This document shows, one piece after another, positions 9,585 to 24,519 of a stretch of DNA of 64,000 nt (positions within the stretch are counted from its first letter, which is position 1; each line of letters begins with the position of its first letter). The translations under genes and the position numbers were made by a program. The notes under the pieces are model-generated. The model was given only the letters and a program-made list of their open reading frames with translations, did no database searches and was not told the origin of the DNA. Source of the DNA: the human T2T-CHM13v2.0 reference genome, Homo sapiens; the NCBI RefSeq assembly GCF_009914755.1, contig NC_060943.1. One strand, 5' to 3'.

Positions 9585-11161
9585 TGATCCACCCGCCTCA
9601 GCCTCCCAAAGTGCTGGGATTACAGGTGGGAGCTACTGTGCCCGGCCAGAAATGGAGATTTTTGTTCTTCTTTTGATGAGACGGAACCTCGCACCGTGGC
9701 CCAGGCTGGAGTGCAGTGGAGTGACCTCGGCTCACTGCGAGCTCTGCCTCCTGGGGTCATGCCATTCTCCTGCCTCAGCCTCCCAAAGAGCTGGGACTAC
9801 AGGCGCCCGACACCACGCCCAGCTAAGGTTTTTGCATTTATTTTTTTTTTTTTTGTAGGGACGGGCTTTCACCGTGTTAGCCAGGACGGTCTCGATCTCC
9901 TGCCCTCGTGATGCACCCGCCTGAGCCTCCCGAAGTGCTCGGATTACAGGCATGAGCCACCATGCACGGCCCAGAAATGGAGATTTTTGAGCAAACACAT
10001 TAAAGAAAAGAAACGCAAATAGACGAAACTCATTTTAACATTTTTATTTAACCCAAGGAATACAGATATAATCAACACCAATACAATTGATGTCACAGTG
10101 ATGACTAAGATACATGCTACAATACTTCATTCTCAGATGCAAAATCTAGTATGTGTTTTACAGCAAACGTCAGTTGGAAACTGAATGTCGATCACACATG
10201 CTTGATGTGCATGTCAATTTCATGAGAGTTACAATCTCAGGAGAAGTCTCACATAGCGTAAGAGTCCAAACATACCTTCAAGTGTTTCGACAAGTTCTTC
10301 ACTACTCATTCTTAGAACTGAATTTACCAACAACAATCCCAGCCTATTCATTGCTGAACTGCATCCCATTGAAAGAATGGGTCACAGTTCCTCTCTCTAG
10401 ACACTGTGGAACGACATTGAAGGCCCTTCCATCTTTTGGCGATTGTGAGGACAGGTGCTAGAAGCCTCTGCCCTCAGCCTTGTCCACGTGAGTTCTAATT
10501 CCTTTAGAACAACTATCTCAGGGTGGGAAAGATGGTTCCAATGCTAAGTGCCTATTGCATTGATTATGAATCAATGAAACTCTTTCTCCCTGGGGGTTGT
10601 CCCAGTTGGATTCCAAGCAGCACTGTCAGAGTGTTCCAGCTTCTCCACATGCTCCGCAGCCCTTGGGATGGTGAGTGATTGTCACGGTGGCTTCTGGGAG
10701 AGCTTCTTGGTTGTTGTTGAAGGTGTATTTGACGTGCATTTCCCCAGGGGAGGGACAGTGAACGCTTTTTGAAGTGGTTCTTTACATCCCCTTTGAGGAA
10801 ATGTCTGCTCAAGTCTCTGGCTGGGTTTTGAACAGAATCATTTGTTTGTCCCATTGGAGTTTTGACAACTCTGTGTATTCTGAGTATGAGCAGTCCTTGC
10901 ACGTATATGAGATTTGCAAATATTTTGTGCCCCAATCTCAAGGTTGCTCTTTGATACAAATCAAGAGCATCTGAGGCAGAGCAAAGGTTCAGGTGAGAGG
11001 ACGGAGCATTTCTCCACCTCTCCAGCATGCGCAGCATCTCTCTCCTCCGAGATGCCGAGACATGTGTGCAGGGAGACACCATGAAAAAGCAGGTGTGCTT
11101 CATTCTGAATAGAGCGTCTCTGATTCCCGTCTGGTGCCTGAGGGTGCATGGCCCATGAGCC

Positions 11162-13556
11162 TTAGAAGAGACGTCTTCGGGCCTTGCACGTTGGCCTCCA
11201 TAGAAACTTGTGGCAAATTCTGGGCTCCGGACTGGGTGATGGAGGTAGAGGTCTGAGGGCAGAGGTGGGCAGGGGCTCCAGGCCGTGGAGATCCAAGTGG
11301 AATTCTTCAGGCAGAGCCTGTCTCCAGGGACTAGGCTTGGGCATTTGGGATGAGCCCTGGGGGACGGCCGCTCTGTAGTCAGGTTTGAGGTAGAGGACAC
11401 GCCAGGAAGAAGGGCTGACTCCATGCACAAGGTTTGCTGGGGGTCCCATCAGGGGCAGGAAGCCTTGGGGAGCCTCACCCTCTTCTACTGAAGGCGCCAC
11501 ACACACATTCTCTGCTCTCTGGGCTCTCACAGATCCATTTTCAATGTCAATCTCCCAGACAGTCTCTGTACTAGTGAGCAGGAGCCAGCGGGCATGGGCA
11601 GGGTACAAGAGATCCTTCAGGGACATCAAGAGTTGCTCAGGGACCACCAGGAGCTGCACATTGAGGAGGCTGAGTCGCAGGGCTCCCTGTGGGTCCAGCC
11701 CCAGGAACTCCTGCCCCAGGCGCAGGTGCAGGACCATTCCTGGTTCCAAGACCGCGATGATCATCTTCCTCTGGGGAAGCTGTGGGCCCTGGGGGAGAAA
11801 AGCCGTGGGTCAGTCATTGTCCTCTGAGGGTGGCTCAAACAGGGAGAGAGCAAGGCGGGGAGCTGCCAGTAACTTCCCCAGGCATAAATGAAACCCCGCA
11901 GGGACACCCAGAATTGGCACCTGTATTGACGCCCCTTGGGACGGTGATTTCCTGCAAGTCCCCTAGGGCCTGGAGCTCAGGCAGACCTGTCTCACCCACG
12001 CCCACCTAGGTGGTGTGACCTTACCTGGGGCAGCTCCAGGGGCAGCTGTGCAGGGTGGTGGGGAGCTGGCTGTACCGGAGCTGGTTCTGCACCTGTGGAG
12101 AGAGCAGAGTGTGCAGGTGAAAGCCCTTGTCATGCAGGATGCCCTTGAGGGTTCAAGGTGCCACCGTGAGAAAGACCAAATACAGAAGAAGCCAGGTACA
12201 GGACACCCAGCCACGGAGCTGCAGGAGGAAGCTCCCGACACTCTGGACAGCACAGCTGCTCGCCTCATGACGTGACGGGACACTGGCTTGGTAGCAGGGG
12301 ACTCAGGATGAAAAAGAGAAGATGCCTCACCTGGATGAGGACCCAGCTCCTCCACTTTCTGGCGTTTTGGGGCATTTGATGGCGTGCCGCTGGAGCTGTA
12401 GGACAGAGAGACACAGTCAGATTTCGGGCAGTTCCCTAACGTCCAATTCCCTGAATCCCCACAAATTCACTCCACTTCCCTGCCTTTCATTCAAGGCCAC
12501 AGACTCGTCATCCACTTCCTGTGAGACCTGCTCCCAATCTGTCCTAACTCCCAGCTGTTCTTGTTCTCACCCCATCTACCTGAGCTTCCCTGGGTGAAGA
12601 AAAGGCAGGGAAGGAGGGTCGGTGCCCACAGGGAGCAGTTTACCCTTTCAGGAGCTCATGCAGATGAGAGTTGGAAAACTCTCCTTGGGTGTGAGGAGCT
12701 GGAGAAAGATGTTGAGATCCCGGAGAGGTGGCACCTCTGTCTACACAGGTAACAAAGGAATGGGGTCTTAGGATTCGAATCACAGCAGGAGAAGAGGAAG
12801 GAATTTGTCGGGCATGACGGCATGCGCCTGTAATCCCAGCACTTTGGGAGGCCAAGGTCGGAGGATTGCTTGAGTCCAGGAGTTTGAGAGCAGCCTGGGC
12901 AACATGGTGAAAGCTAGTCTCCACTAAAAATACTAAACATTAGTGGGTCATGGTGGTGCATGCCTGTGGTCTCACCTACTCAGGAGGCTCAGGTGGGAGG
13001 ATCACCTGCGACTCAGAGGTGGAGCCCGCAGTCAGCTAAAATCACGCCACTGCACTCCAGTGTGGACCATCGGAGTGAGACGCTGTCTCAATAAAATAAA
13101 TCAGTAAATAAGACAAATAGAAAAATTAAAAATGAAAAAAGGAGGAAACTGTTTTATTTTTCCTAGTAGATCTTGAAACTCTCACATCATGTCCTACAAT
13201 CTCCCTTCTTGCAGAACACAGAACCCATTCCCTGTGGAGCTGGTTGGGTGGATTGAAAGTGGGGCTGCCCTGAGATATGTGTGTGGTTGCGATGTAGAAG
13301 CCTTCCCAGCACCCTGTGATGACTTACGGGCACCTCACTTCCCTCTGGCCCCAAATTCAAAACATCCAATCTCATGGCAGGTTCATGCACCCTTTTCCCT
13401 TCCCCTCTCTCCAACACACACCCACACATCCCACAGGCAGGTCACCCCGCAGGCGTCCCCAGCACATAGCAAAGCTCACCCGCTCTCTCCTGCGTGGTCG
13501 CTCTTGGATTCGGTGCAGGAATCACTGGGGCTTCTTGGGCGCCGGGAACCTTTCAT
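11162..13556 (-). CDS. PRR23D-like protein copy 2, intact; join(13556..13480, 12395..12331, 12092..12025, 11788..11162)
   Basis: Same exons and splice sites as copy 1; the 200-aa last-exon ORF 11162..11764 is identical. Confidence 0.85.
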
Positions 13557-14329
13557 GGTGAAAATTTCCAGGGTTCTCCAAGTCAGCCACTGCCAGTGTT
13601 TGTCTGTCTCCTGCAAAGATTTCTTCTTGGCTCCCGAATCCTTTAGTTCCTTTGAGAGAGTGGTGTCAGCCCCAAAGCTGCTCCCGAAGGCTTGGGATGT
13701 GTAGCGACGGGGCTGTGGCCAGCGGCAGGTGGATGAGGCTCTGACAACTGAGCTCTTGGGGGAATCTTGTACACTGTCAGCAGGGGGTGGAGCCAGGGGA
13801 TTTGTCAGCAGGAACTGATGTGATTGGCTGTTCCTGGTATGACAACGGGAGGGGCCCTCATGGAGGATTGGGGCGTAACTCAATCCATAGATGACCGATC
13901 AACAGAACCTGCCTAATCCCATCAAGAGCCAACCTGTTTCCTGTCCCCTCCCATCCTCTAGGTCTTGCCTAATAATGATAGACACTTTCTGTCATACCCA
14001 ATTCATCCATCGCTGAAATAGTTTTTCATGTGTGCCTTTTATATTTTCATGCAATAAAAATATGTTAATTTTCACGGTGGCTATCCTGGGGAATGCTATG
14101 TACATGAAATGAAGTGTCAAAGGAGCAGAAGCAGAAGGAAATTCACAAGCTTCTCTGAGCGTCTCTGCTTCAATTCCTGCCATGTTTCCTAAACATGTTG
14201 GCTTCTTTCTTCCTACCCAAGTAAGAAGGTGCTTCAGAAGTTCAATCTTAGGGCATTTGACAAACGCCGCTGAGAATTTCAGGATGACACGAAGGAACCT
14301 TTGATTGGATTTGTGGATGTGCCTGTGAA

Positions 14330-14387
<58 letters not shown>

Positions 14388-15877
14388 GCCAGGATGAAGT
14401 GGCTGTTCCTGGGGTGGAGACCCTTCTTTCTCTTGAGAATGTTCATTGCTGTTGACTCATTGTGGGTTTTGGAGATATTTTCTCTCTTTCTTTCGTTCTT
14501 TCAGACATTTTTTGCTTTCTCCCTCCCTCGATCCTAACCCCCCTCCATCCCCCCCTCACTCCCTCCCTCCCTCTTTCCATCCTTCCTCCCTCCCTTCCCT
14601 CTTTCCTTCCTTCCTGCCTTCTTCCCTTCCCCTTCCCCTCTTCCTTCTGTCCTTCCTTCCTGTGTGTAAAAGAAAAATTGGTGAATAGAAGAATAATTGA
14701 ATAACTGCCTGAGTCACTTATACATTTCTCATCTCACTCTGGGGACACAGAAGACCGTGTTGTACTCATCTCCTCGATTTTAAAAACAGTCATTCTAAAA
14801 TCAAGGATTCTAGATGTATCACTTCTAGGCGAAATCTTGTAAGAAAATGTGTAAGAGTTTCATGTGCTCTTCATCTCTATGATCACAATTGAAGAAGGCA
14901 GGAGGTTGAGATGCTGCATCGCCAAGATCGTGGTGATTCCATTATCATTACCCTTGTAACTTGTGAGCATCCTTACTGCCAGCAATCATTATTAGATATG
15001 GAATCTGATATAGGAGTTCATATTTACTGTATGAATATCTTGGTGTGGGAGTGTTGGCTCATGCCTGTAATCCCAGTGCTTTGGGAGGCAGAGGCAGGAG
15101 GCTCGCTTGAACCCAGGAGTTCGAGACAAGCCGGAAGAGCATGGCGAGACCCTCGTCTCTACAAAAATGTAAAAATCAGCCAAGTGTGCTGGTAGGTGCC
15201 TGTAGTCTCAGCTCCTTAGGAGGCTGAAGTGTTAGGATCGCTTTCGCCCGGGATGTAATGGCTACAGGGAGTCGAGATCTTGCCACTGAACTTCAGCCTG
15301 GGCAACAGAGCAAGACTCTCTCTCAAAAATAAAATGCTTTTTCCTTTAGGCTTAAATTCTAACACTCAAACCTCCAAAGCGGAGGTATTAGGAGGTGGGG
15401 CCCTTGGGAGATGATGAGATTATGAAAGTGGAACCCTCGTAAATGGGATTAGTGCCCTTCTGAAAGTGACGGAAGAGAGCTCGCCAGCACCTTCCATGTG
15501 GGGAGACAGGGAGGATATGACAGTCTCCAACCTGGAAGAGGGTCCTCACCAGACCCCGATCATGCTGGCACTCTCATCGTGGACTTCCGGCCTCCAGAAC
15601 TCTGATCAACAAATGTGTGTTCTTAAGGAAAAAAAAAGTGTGGAAAGCAATGTTAATGTTCCCAATCACTTTGAGTACATTCTTTCCTTAACTATGTCTT
15701 AATGCATAGTTGTGTTGGATGGCCTAGTTTGTAATGTTAGAATATGCATGTTAGTGAATTAATAAATACAGCAGTAAAGAATAGAGTTGTGGTTGGGAAT
15801 GGTGTCTCACGCCTGTAATCCCAGCACAATGGCATGCCGAGGCGGGTCAATCACCTGTAGTCGGGAGGTGGAGATCA

Positions 15878-16057
<180 letters not shown>

Positions 16058-16851
16058 CTAAATTCTATATCAAAAAATTAAAAAAAAAAAAAAAGAAGGC
16101 TGTTTGTTGACCATTTGAGTGGCCAGTCTTGGTGCTTCCTGGTGGGCGAGGAGAGCCCTGCCCCATTCCTACCCATTCCAGTAGTCATGGCATAAGAGTG
16201 ATTCTCACTTTCTGCTATAGCCTCCTTATCCATTGGCTGAAATGATTCTTTTTTAATATGTCTTATAAATGCTTCCATAGCAAAAAAAATTGAATTGACT
16301 TTTATAGGGACTCTTTCGGGGATTGTTACCCATCATTCCATAATTTGTTTGTACTCCTAGAAAAGGGAAGTATGCCGAGCACAGTGGATATTTCGTCTCA
16401 AATAATAAATAAATAACCAAATAGAAAAGAAAGAAAAGGAAGTAAAGGGAAATATACAAATATACAAGGTGTTAGGAGAGAGTTGCTAATCGTGATTCCC
16501 CCTTAATTGTCCAAACAGACCACCTCTGGGGATCTATTCGTAAAAGACTCGTTAGAAGTGCAGACTCATGCATTTGAGAATCACTCAGGGAAATCTGAAG
16601 ATGACCTGTGGTGGGGGTGTAAATGGATACTTAAATGTGTCTTGTGATTGTGTGAGAGTGTGACTGTGTGTTTGTGTGTGTGCTGTCATCTGTGGAGTGG
16701 GGGATCCTCTTTTGCCTTGAGAAAGCTCATCTCTGTCCACTTACTCTGGGCTCTACCATCTGTGCCTTGTATCCAGTAGAAATAAAACAGTTTGCGGCAG
16801 AAATGGAGTTTTATTTTATTTTACTTTACTTTTTATTAGGATTATTTGTAG

Positions 16852-17052
<201 letters not shown>

Positions 17053-18630
17053 TGATCCACCCGCCTCAGCCTCCCAAAGTGCTGGGATTACAGGTGGGAG
17101 CTACTGTGCCCGGCCAGAAATGGAGATTTTTGTTCTTCTTTTGATGAGACGGAACCTCGCACCGTGGCCCAGGCTGGAGTGCAGTGGAGTGACCTCGGCT
17201 CACTGCAAGCTCTGCCTCCTGGGGTCATGCCATTCTCCTGCCTCAGCCTCCCATAGAGCTGGGACTACAGGCGCCCGACACCACGCCCAGCTAAGGTTTT
17301 TGCATTTATTATTTTTTTTTTTTGTAGGGACGGTCTTTCACCGTGTTAGCCAGGACGGTCTCGATCTCCTGCCCTCGTGATGCACCCGCCTGAGCCCCCC
17401 GAAGTGCTCGGATTACAGGCATGAGCCACCATGCACGGCCCAGAAATGGAGATTTTTGAGCAAACACATTAAAGAAAAGAAACGCAAATAGACGAAACTC
17501 ATTTTAACATTTTTATTTAACCCAAGGAATACAGATATAATCAACACCAATACAATTGATGTCACAGTGATGACTAAGATACATGCTACAATCCTTCATT
17601 CTCAGATGCAAAATCTAGTATGTGTTTTACAGCAAACGTCAGTTGGAAACTGAACGTCGATCACACATGCTTGATGTGCATGTCAATTTCATGAGAGTTA
17701 CAATCTCAGGAGAAGTCTCACATAGCGTAAGAGTCCAAACATACCTTCAAGTGTTTCGACAAGTTCTTCACTACTCATTCTTAGAACTGAATTTACCAAC
17801 AACAATCCCAGCCTATTCATTGCTGAACTGCATCCCATTGAAAGAATGGGTCACAGTTCCTCTCTCTAGACACTGTGGAACGACATTGAAGGCCCTTCCA
17901 TCTTTTGGCGATTGTGAGGACAGGTGCTAGAAGCCTCTGCCCTCAGCCTTGTCCACGTGAGTTCTAATTCCTTTAGAACAACTATCTCAGGGTGGGAAAG
18001 ATGGTTCCAATGCTAAGTGCCTATTGCATTGATTATGAATCAATGAAACTCTTTCTCCCTGGGGGTTGTCCCAGTTGGATTCCAAGCAGCACTGTCAGAG
18101 TGTTCCAGCTTCTCCACATGCTCCGCAGCCCTTGGGATGGTGAGTGATTGTCACGGTGGCTTCTGGGAGAGCTTCTTGGTTGTGGTTGAAGGTGTATTTG
18201 ACGTGCATTTCCCCAGGGGAGGGACAGTGAACGCTTTTTGAAGTGGTTCTTTACATCCCCTTTGAGGAAATGTCTGCTCAAGTCTCTGGCTGGGTTTTGA
18301 ACAGAATCATTTGTTTGTCCCATTGGAGTTTTGACAACTCTGTGTATTCTGAGTATGAGCAGTCCTTGCACGTATATGAGATTTGCAAATATTTTGTGCC
18401 CCAATCTCAAGGTTGCTCTTTGATACAAATCAAGAGCATCTGAGGCAGAGCAAAGGTTCAGGTGAGAGGACGGAGCATTTCTCCACCTCTCCAGCATGCG
18501 CAGCATCTCTCTCCTCCGAGATGCCGAGACATGTGTGCAGGGAGACACCATGAAAAAGCAGGTGTGCTTCATTCTGAATAGAGCGTCTCTGATTCCCGTC
18601 TGGTGCCTGAGGGTGCATGGCCCATGAGCC

Positions 18631-21029
18631 TTAGAAGAGACGTCTTCGGGCCTTGCACGTTGGCCTCCATAGAAACTTGTGGCAAATTCTGGGCTCCGGA
18701 CTGGGTGATGGAGTTAGAGGTCTGAGGGCAGAGGTGGGCAGGGGCTCCAGGCCATGGAGATCCAAGTGGAATTCTTCAGGCAGAGCCTGTCTCCAGGGAC
18801 TAGGCTTGGGCATTTGGGATGAGCCCTGGGGGACGGCCGCTCTGTAGTCAGGTTTGAGGTAGAGGACACGCCAGGAAGAAGGGCTGACTCCATGCACAAG
18901 GTTTGCTGGGGGTCCCATCAGGGGCAGGAAGCCTTGGGGAGCCTCACCCTCTTCTACTGAAGGCGCCACACACACATTCTCTGCTCTCTGGGCTCTCACA
19001 GATCCATTTTCAATGTCAATCTCCCAGACAGTCTCTGTACTAGTGAGCAGGAGCCAGCGGGCATGGGCAGGGTACAAGAGATCCTTCAGGGACATCAAGA
19101 GTTGCTCAGGGACCACCAGGAGCTGCACATTGAGGAGGCTGAGTCGCAGGGCTCCCTGTGGGTCCAGCCCCAGGAACTCCTGCCCCAGGCGCAGGTGCAG
19201 GACCATTCCTGGTTCCAAGACCGCGATGATCATCTTCCTCTGGGGAAGCTGTGGGCCCTGGGGGAGAAAAGCCGTGGGTCAGTCATTGTCCTCTGAGGGT
19301 GGCTCAAACAGGGAGAGAGCAAGGCGGGGAGCTGCCAGTAACTTCCCCAGGCATAAATGAAACCCCGCAGGGACACCCAGAATTGGCACCTGTATTGACG
19401 CCCCTTGGGACGGTGATTTCCTGCAAGTCCCCTAGGGCCTGGAGCTCAGGCAGACCTGTCTCACCCACGCCCACCTAGGTGGTGTGACCTTACCTGGGGC
19501 AGCTCCAGGGGCAGCTGTGCAGGGTGGTGGGGAGCTGGCTGTACCGGAGCTGGTTCTGCACCTGTGGAGAGAGCAGAGTGTGCAGGTGAAAGCCCTTGTC
19601 ATGCAGGATGCCCTTGAGGGTTCAAGGTGCCACCGTGAGAAAGACCAAATACAGAAGAAGCCAGGTACAGGACACCCAGCCACGGAGCTGCAGGAGGAAG
19701 CTCCCGACACTCTGGACAGCACAGCTGCTCGCCTCATGACGTGACGGGACACTGGCTTGGTAGCAGGGGACTCAGGATGAAAAAGAGAAGATGCCTCACC
19801 TGGATGAGGACCCAGCTCCTCCACTTTCTGGCGTTTTGGGGCATTTGATGGCGTGCCGCTGGAGCTGTAGGACAGAGAGAGAGACACAGTCAGATTTCGG
19901 GCAGTTCCCTAACGTCCAATTCCCTGAATCCCCACAAATTCACTCCACTTCCCTGCCTTTCATTCAAGGCCACAGACTCGTCATCCACTTCCTGTGAGAC
20001 CTGCTCCCAATCTGTCCTAACTCCCAGCTGTTCTTGTTCTCACCCCATCTACCTGAGCTTCCCTGGGTGAAGAAAAGGCAGGGAAGGAGGGTCGGTGCCC
20101 ACAGGGAGCAGTTTACCCTTTCAGGAGCTCATGCAGATGAGAGTTGGAAAACTCTCCTTGGGTGTGAGGAGCTGGAGAAAGATGTTGAGATCCCGGAGAG
20201 GTGGCACCTCTGTCTACACAGGTAACAAAGGAATGGGGTCTTAGGATTCGAATCACAGCAGGAGAAGAGGAAGGAATTTGTCGGGCATGACGGCATGCGC
20301 CTGTAATCCCAGCACTTTGGGAGGCCAAGGTCGGAGGATTGCTTGAGTCCAGGAGTTTGAGAGCAGCCTGGGCAACATGGTGAAAGCTAGTCTCCACTAA
20401 AAATACTAAACATTAGTGGGTCATGGTGGTGCATGCCTGTGGTCTCACCTACTCAGGAGGCTCAGGTGGGAGGATCACCTGCGACTCAGAGGTGGAGCCC
20501 GCAGTCAGCTAAAATCACGCCACTGCACTCCAGTGTGGACCATCGGAGTGAGACGCTGTCTCAATAAAATAAATCAGTAAATAAGACAAATAGAAAAATT
20601 AAAAATGAAAAAAGGAGGAAACTGTTTTATTTTTCCTAGTAGATCTTGAAACTCTCACATCATGTCCTACAATCTCCCTTCTTGCAGAACACAGAACCCA
20701 TTCCCTGTGGAGCTGGTTGGGTGGATTGAAAGTGGGGCTGCCCTGAGATATGTGTGTGGTTGCGATGTAGAAGCCTTCCCAGCACCCTGTGATGACTTAC
20801 GGGCACCTCACTTCCCTCTGGCCCCAAATTCAAAACATCCAATCTCATGGCAGGTTCATGCACCCTTTTCCCTTCCCCTCTCTCCAACACACACCCACAC
20901 ATCCCACAGGCAGGTCACCCCGCAGGCGTCCCCAGCACATAGCAAAGCTCACCCGCTCTCTCCTGCGTGGTCGCTCTTGGATTCGGTGCAGGAATCACTG
21001 GGGCTTCTTGGGCGCCGGGAACCTTTCAT
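18631..21029 (-). CDS. PRR23D-like protein copy 3, intact, P252T; join(21029..20953, 19864..19800, 19561..19494, 19257..18631)
   Basis: Same structure; g>t at 18714 changes LPPSPSP to LTPSPSP. Confidence 0.85.
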
Positions 21030-21802
21030 GGTGAAAATTTCCAGGGTTCTCCAAGTCAGCCACTGCCAGTGTTTGTCTGTCTCCTGCAAAGATTTCTTCT
21101 TGGCTCCCGAATCCTTTAGTTCCTTTGAGAGAGTGGTGTCAGCCCCAAAGCTGCTCCCGAAGGCTTGGGATGTGTAGCGACGGGGCTGTGGCCAGCGGCA
21201 GGTGGATGAGGCTCTGACAACTGAGCTCTTGGGGGAATCTTGTACACTGTCAGCAGGGGGTGGAGCCAGGGGATTTGTCAGCAGGAACTGATGTGATTGG
21301 CTGTTCCTGGTATGACAACGGGAGGGGCCCTCATGGAGGATTGGGGCGTAACTCAATCCATAGATGACCGATCAACAGAACCTGCCTAATCCCATCAAGA
21401 GCCAACCTGTTTCCTGTCCCCTCCCATCCTCTAGGTCTTGCCTAATAATGATAGACACTTTCTGTCATACCCAATTCATCCATCGCTGAAATAGTTTTTC
21501 ATGTGTGCCTTTTATATTTTCATGCAATAAAAATATGTTAATTTTCACGGTGGCTATCCTGGGGAATGCTATGTACATGAAATGAAGTGTCAAAGGAGCA
21601 GAAGCAGAAGGAAATTCACAAGCTTCTCTGAGCGTCTCTGCTTCAATTCCTGCCATGTTTCCTAAACATGTTGGCTTCTTTCTTCCTACCCAAGTAAGAA
21701 GGTGCTTCAGAAGTTCAATCTTAGGGCATTTGACAAACGCCGCTGAGAATTTCAGGATGACACGAAGGAACCTTTGATTGGATTTGTGGATGTGCCTGTG
21801 AA

Positions 21803-21856
<54 letters not shown>

Positions 21857-23346
21857 GCCAGGATGAAGTGGCTGTTCCTGGGGTGGAGACCCTTCTTTCT
21901 CTTGAGAATGTTCATTGCTGTTGACTCATTGTGGGTTTTGGAGATATTTTCTCTCTTTCTTTCGTTCTTTCAGACATTTTTTGCTTTCTCCCTCCCTCGA
22001 TCCTAACCCCCCTCCATCCCCCCCTCACTCCCTCCCTCCCTCTTTCCATCCTTCCTCCCTCCCTTCCCTCTTTCCTTCCTTCCTGCCTTCTTCCCTTCCC
22101 CTTCCCCTCTTCCTTCTGTCCTTCCTTCCTGTGTGTAAAAGAAAAATTGGTGAATAGAAGAATAATTGAATAACTGCCTGAGTCACTTATACATTTCTCA
22201 TCTCACTCTGGGGACACAGAAGACCGTGTTGTACTCATCTCCTCGATTTTAAAAACAGTCATTCTAAAATCAAGGATTCTAGATGTATCACTTCTAGGCG
22301 AAATCTTGAAAGAAAATGTGTAAGAGTTTCATGTGCTCTTCATCTCTATGATCACAATTGAAGAAGGCAGGAGGTTGAGATGCTGCATCGCCAAGATCGT
22401 GGTGATTCCATTATCATTACCCTTGTAACTTGTGAGCATCCTTACTGCCAGCAATCATTATTAGATATGGAATCTGATATAGGAGTTCATATTTACTGTA
22501 TGAATATCTTGGTGTGGGAGTGTTGGCTCATGCCTGTAATCCCAGTGCTTTGGGAGGCAGAGGCAGGAGGCTCGCTTGAACCCAGGAGTTCGAGACAAGC
22601 CGGAAGAGCATGGCGAGACCCTCGTCTCTACAAAAATGTAAAAATCAGCCAAGTGTGCTGGTAGGTGCCTGTAGTCTCAGCTCCTTAGGAGGCTGAAGTG
22701 TTAGGATCGCTTTCGCCCGGGATGTAATGGCTACAGGGAGTCGAGATCTTGCCACTGAACTTCAGCCTGGGCAACAGAGCAAGACTCTCTCTCAAAAATA
22801 AAATGCTTTTTCCTTTAGGCTTAAATTCTAACACTCAAACCTCCAAAGCGGAGGTATTAGGAGGTGGGGCCCTTGGGAGATGATGAGATTATGAAAGTGG
22901 AACCCTCGTAAATGGGATTAGTGCCCTTCTGAAAGTGACGGAAGAGAGCTCGCCAGCACCTTCCATGTGGGGAGACAGGGAGGATATGACAGTCTCCAAC
23001 CTGGAAGAGGGTCCTCACCAGACCCCGATCATGCTGGCACTCTCATCGTGGACTTCCGGCCTCCAGAACTCTGATCAACAAATGTGTGTTCTTAAAGAAA
23101 AAAAAAGTGTGGAAAGCAATGTTAATGTTCCCAATCACTTTGAGTACATTCTTTCCTTAACTATGTCTTAATGCATAGTTGTGTTGGATGGCCTAGTTTG
23201 TAATGTTAGAATATGCATGTTAGTGAATTAATAAATACAGCAGTAAAGAATAGAGTTGTGGTTGGGAATGGTGTCTCACGCCTGTAATCCCAGCACAATG
23301 GCATGCCGAGGCGGGTCAATCACCTGTAGTCGGGAGGTGGAGATCA

Positions 23347-23526
<180 letters not shown>

Positions 23527-24318
23527 CTAAATTCTATATCAAAAAATTAAAAAAAAAAAAAGAAGGCTGTTTGTTGACCATTTCAGTGGCCAGTCTTGGT
23601 GCTTCCTGGTGGGCGAGGAGAGCCCTACCCCATTCCTACCCATTCCAGTAGTCATGGCATAAGAGTGATTCTCACTTTCTGCTATAGCCTCCTTATCCAT
23701 TGGCTGAAATGATTCTTTTTTAATATGTCTTATAAATGCTTCCATAGCAAAAAAAATTGAATTGACTTTTATAGGGACTCTTTCGGGGATTGTTACCCAT
23801 CATTCCATAATTTGTTTGTACTCCTAGAAAAGGGAAGTATGCCGAGCACAGTGGATATTTCGTCTCAAATAATAAATAAATAACCAAATAGAAAAGAAAG
23901 AAAAGGAAGTAAAGGGAAATATACAAATATACAAGGTGTTAGGAGAGAGTTGCTAATCGTGATTCCCCCTTAATTGTCCAAACAGACCACCTCTGGGGAT
24001 CTATTCGTAAAAGACTCGTTAGAAGTGCAGACTCATGCATTTGAGAATCACTCAGGGAAATCTGAAGATGACCTGTGGTGGGGGTGTAAATGGATACTTA
24101 AATGTGTCTTGTGATTGTGTGAGAGTGTGACTGTGTGTTTGTGTGTGTGCTGTCATCTGTGGAGTGGGGGATCCTCTTTTGCCTTGAGAAAGCTCATCTC
24201 TGTCCACTTACTCTGGGCTCTACCATCTGTGCCTTGTATCCAGTAGAAATAAAACAGTTTGCGGCAGAAATGGAGTTTTATTTTATTTTACTTTACTTTT
24301 TATTAGGATTATTTGTAG

Positions 24319-24519
<201 letters not shown>

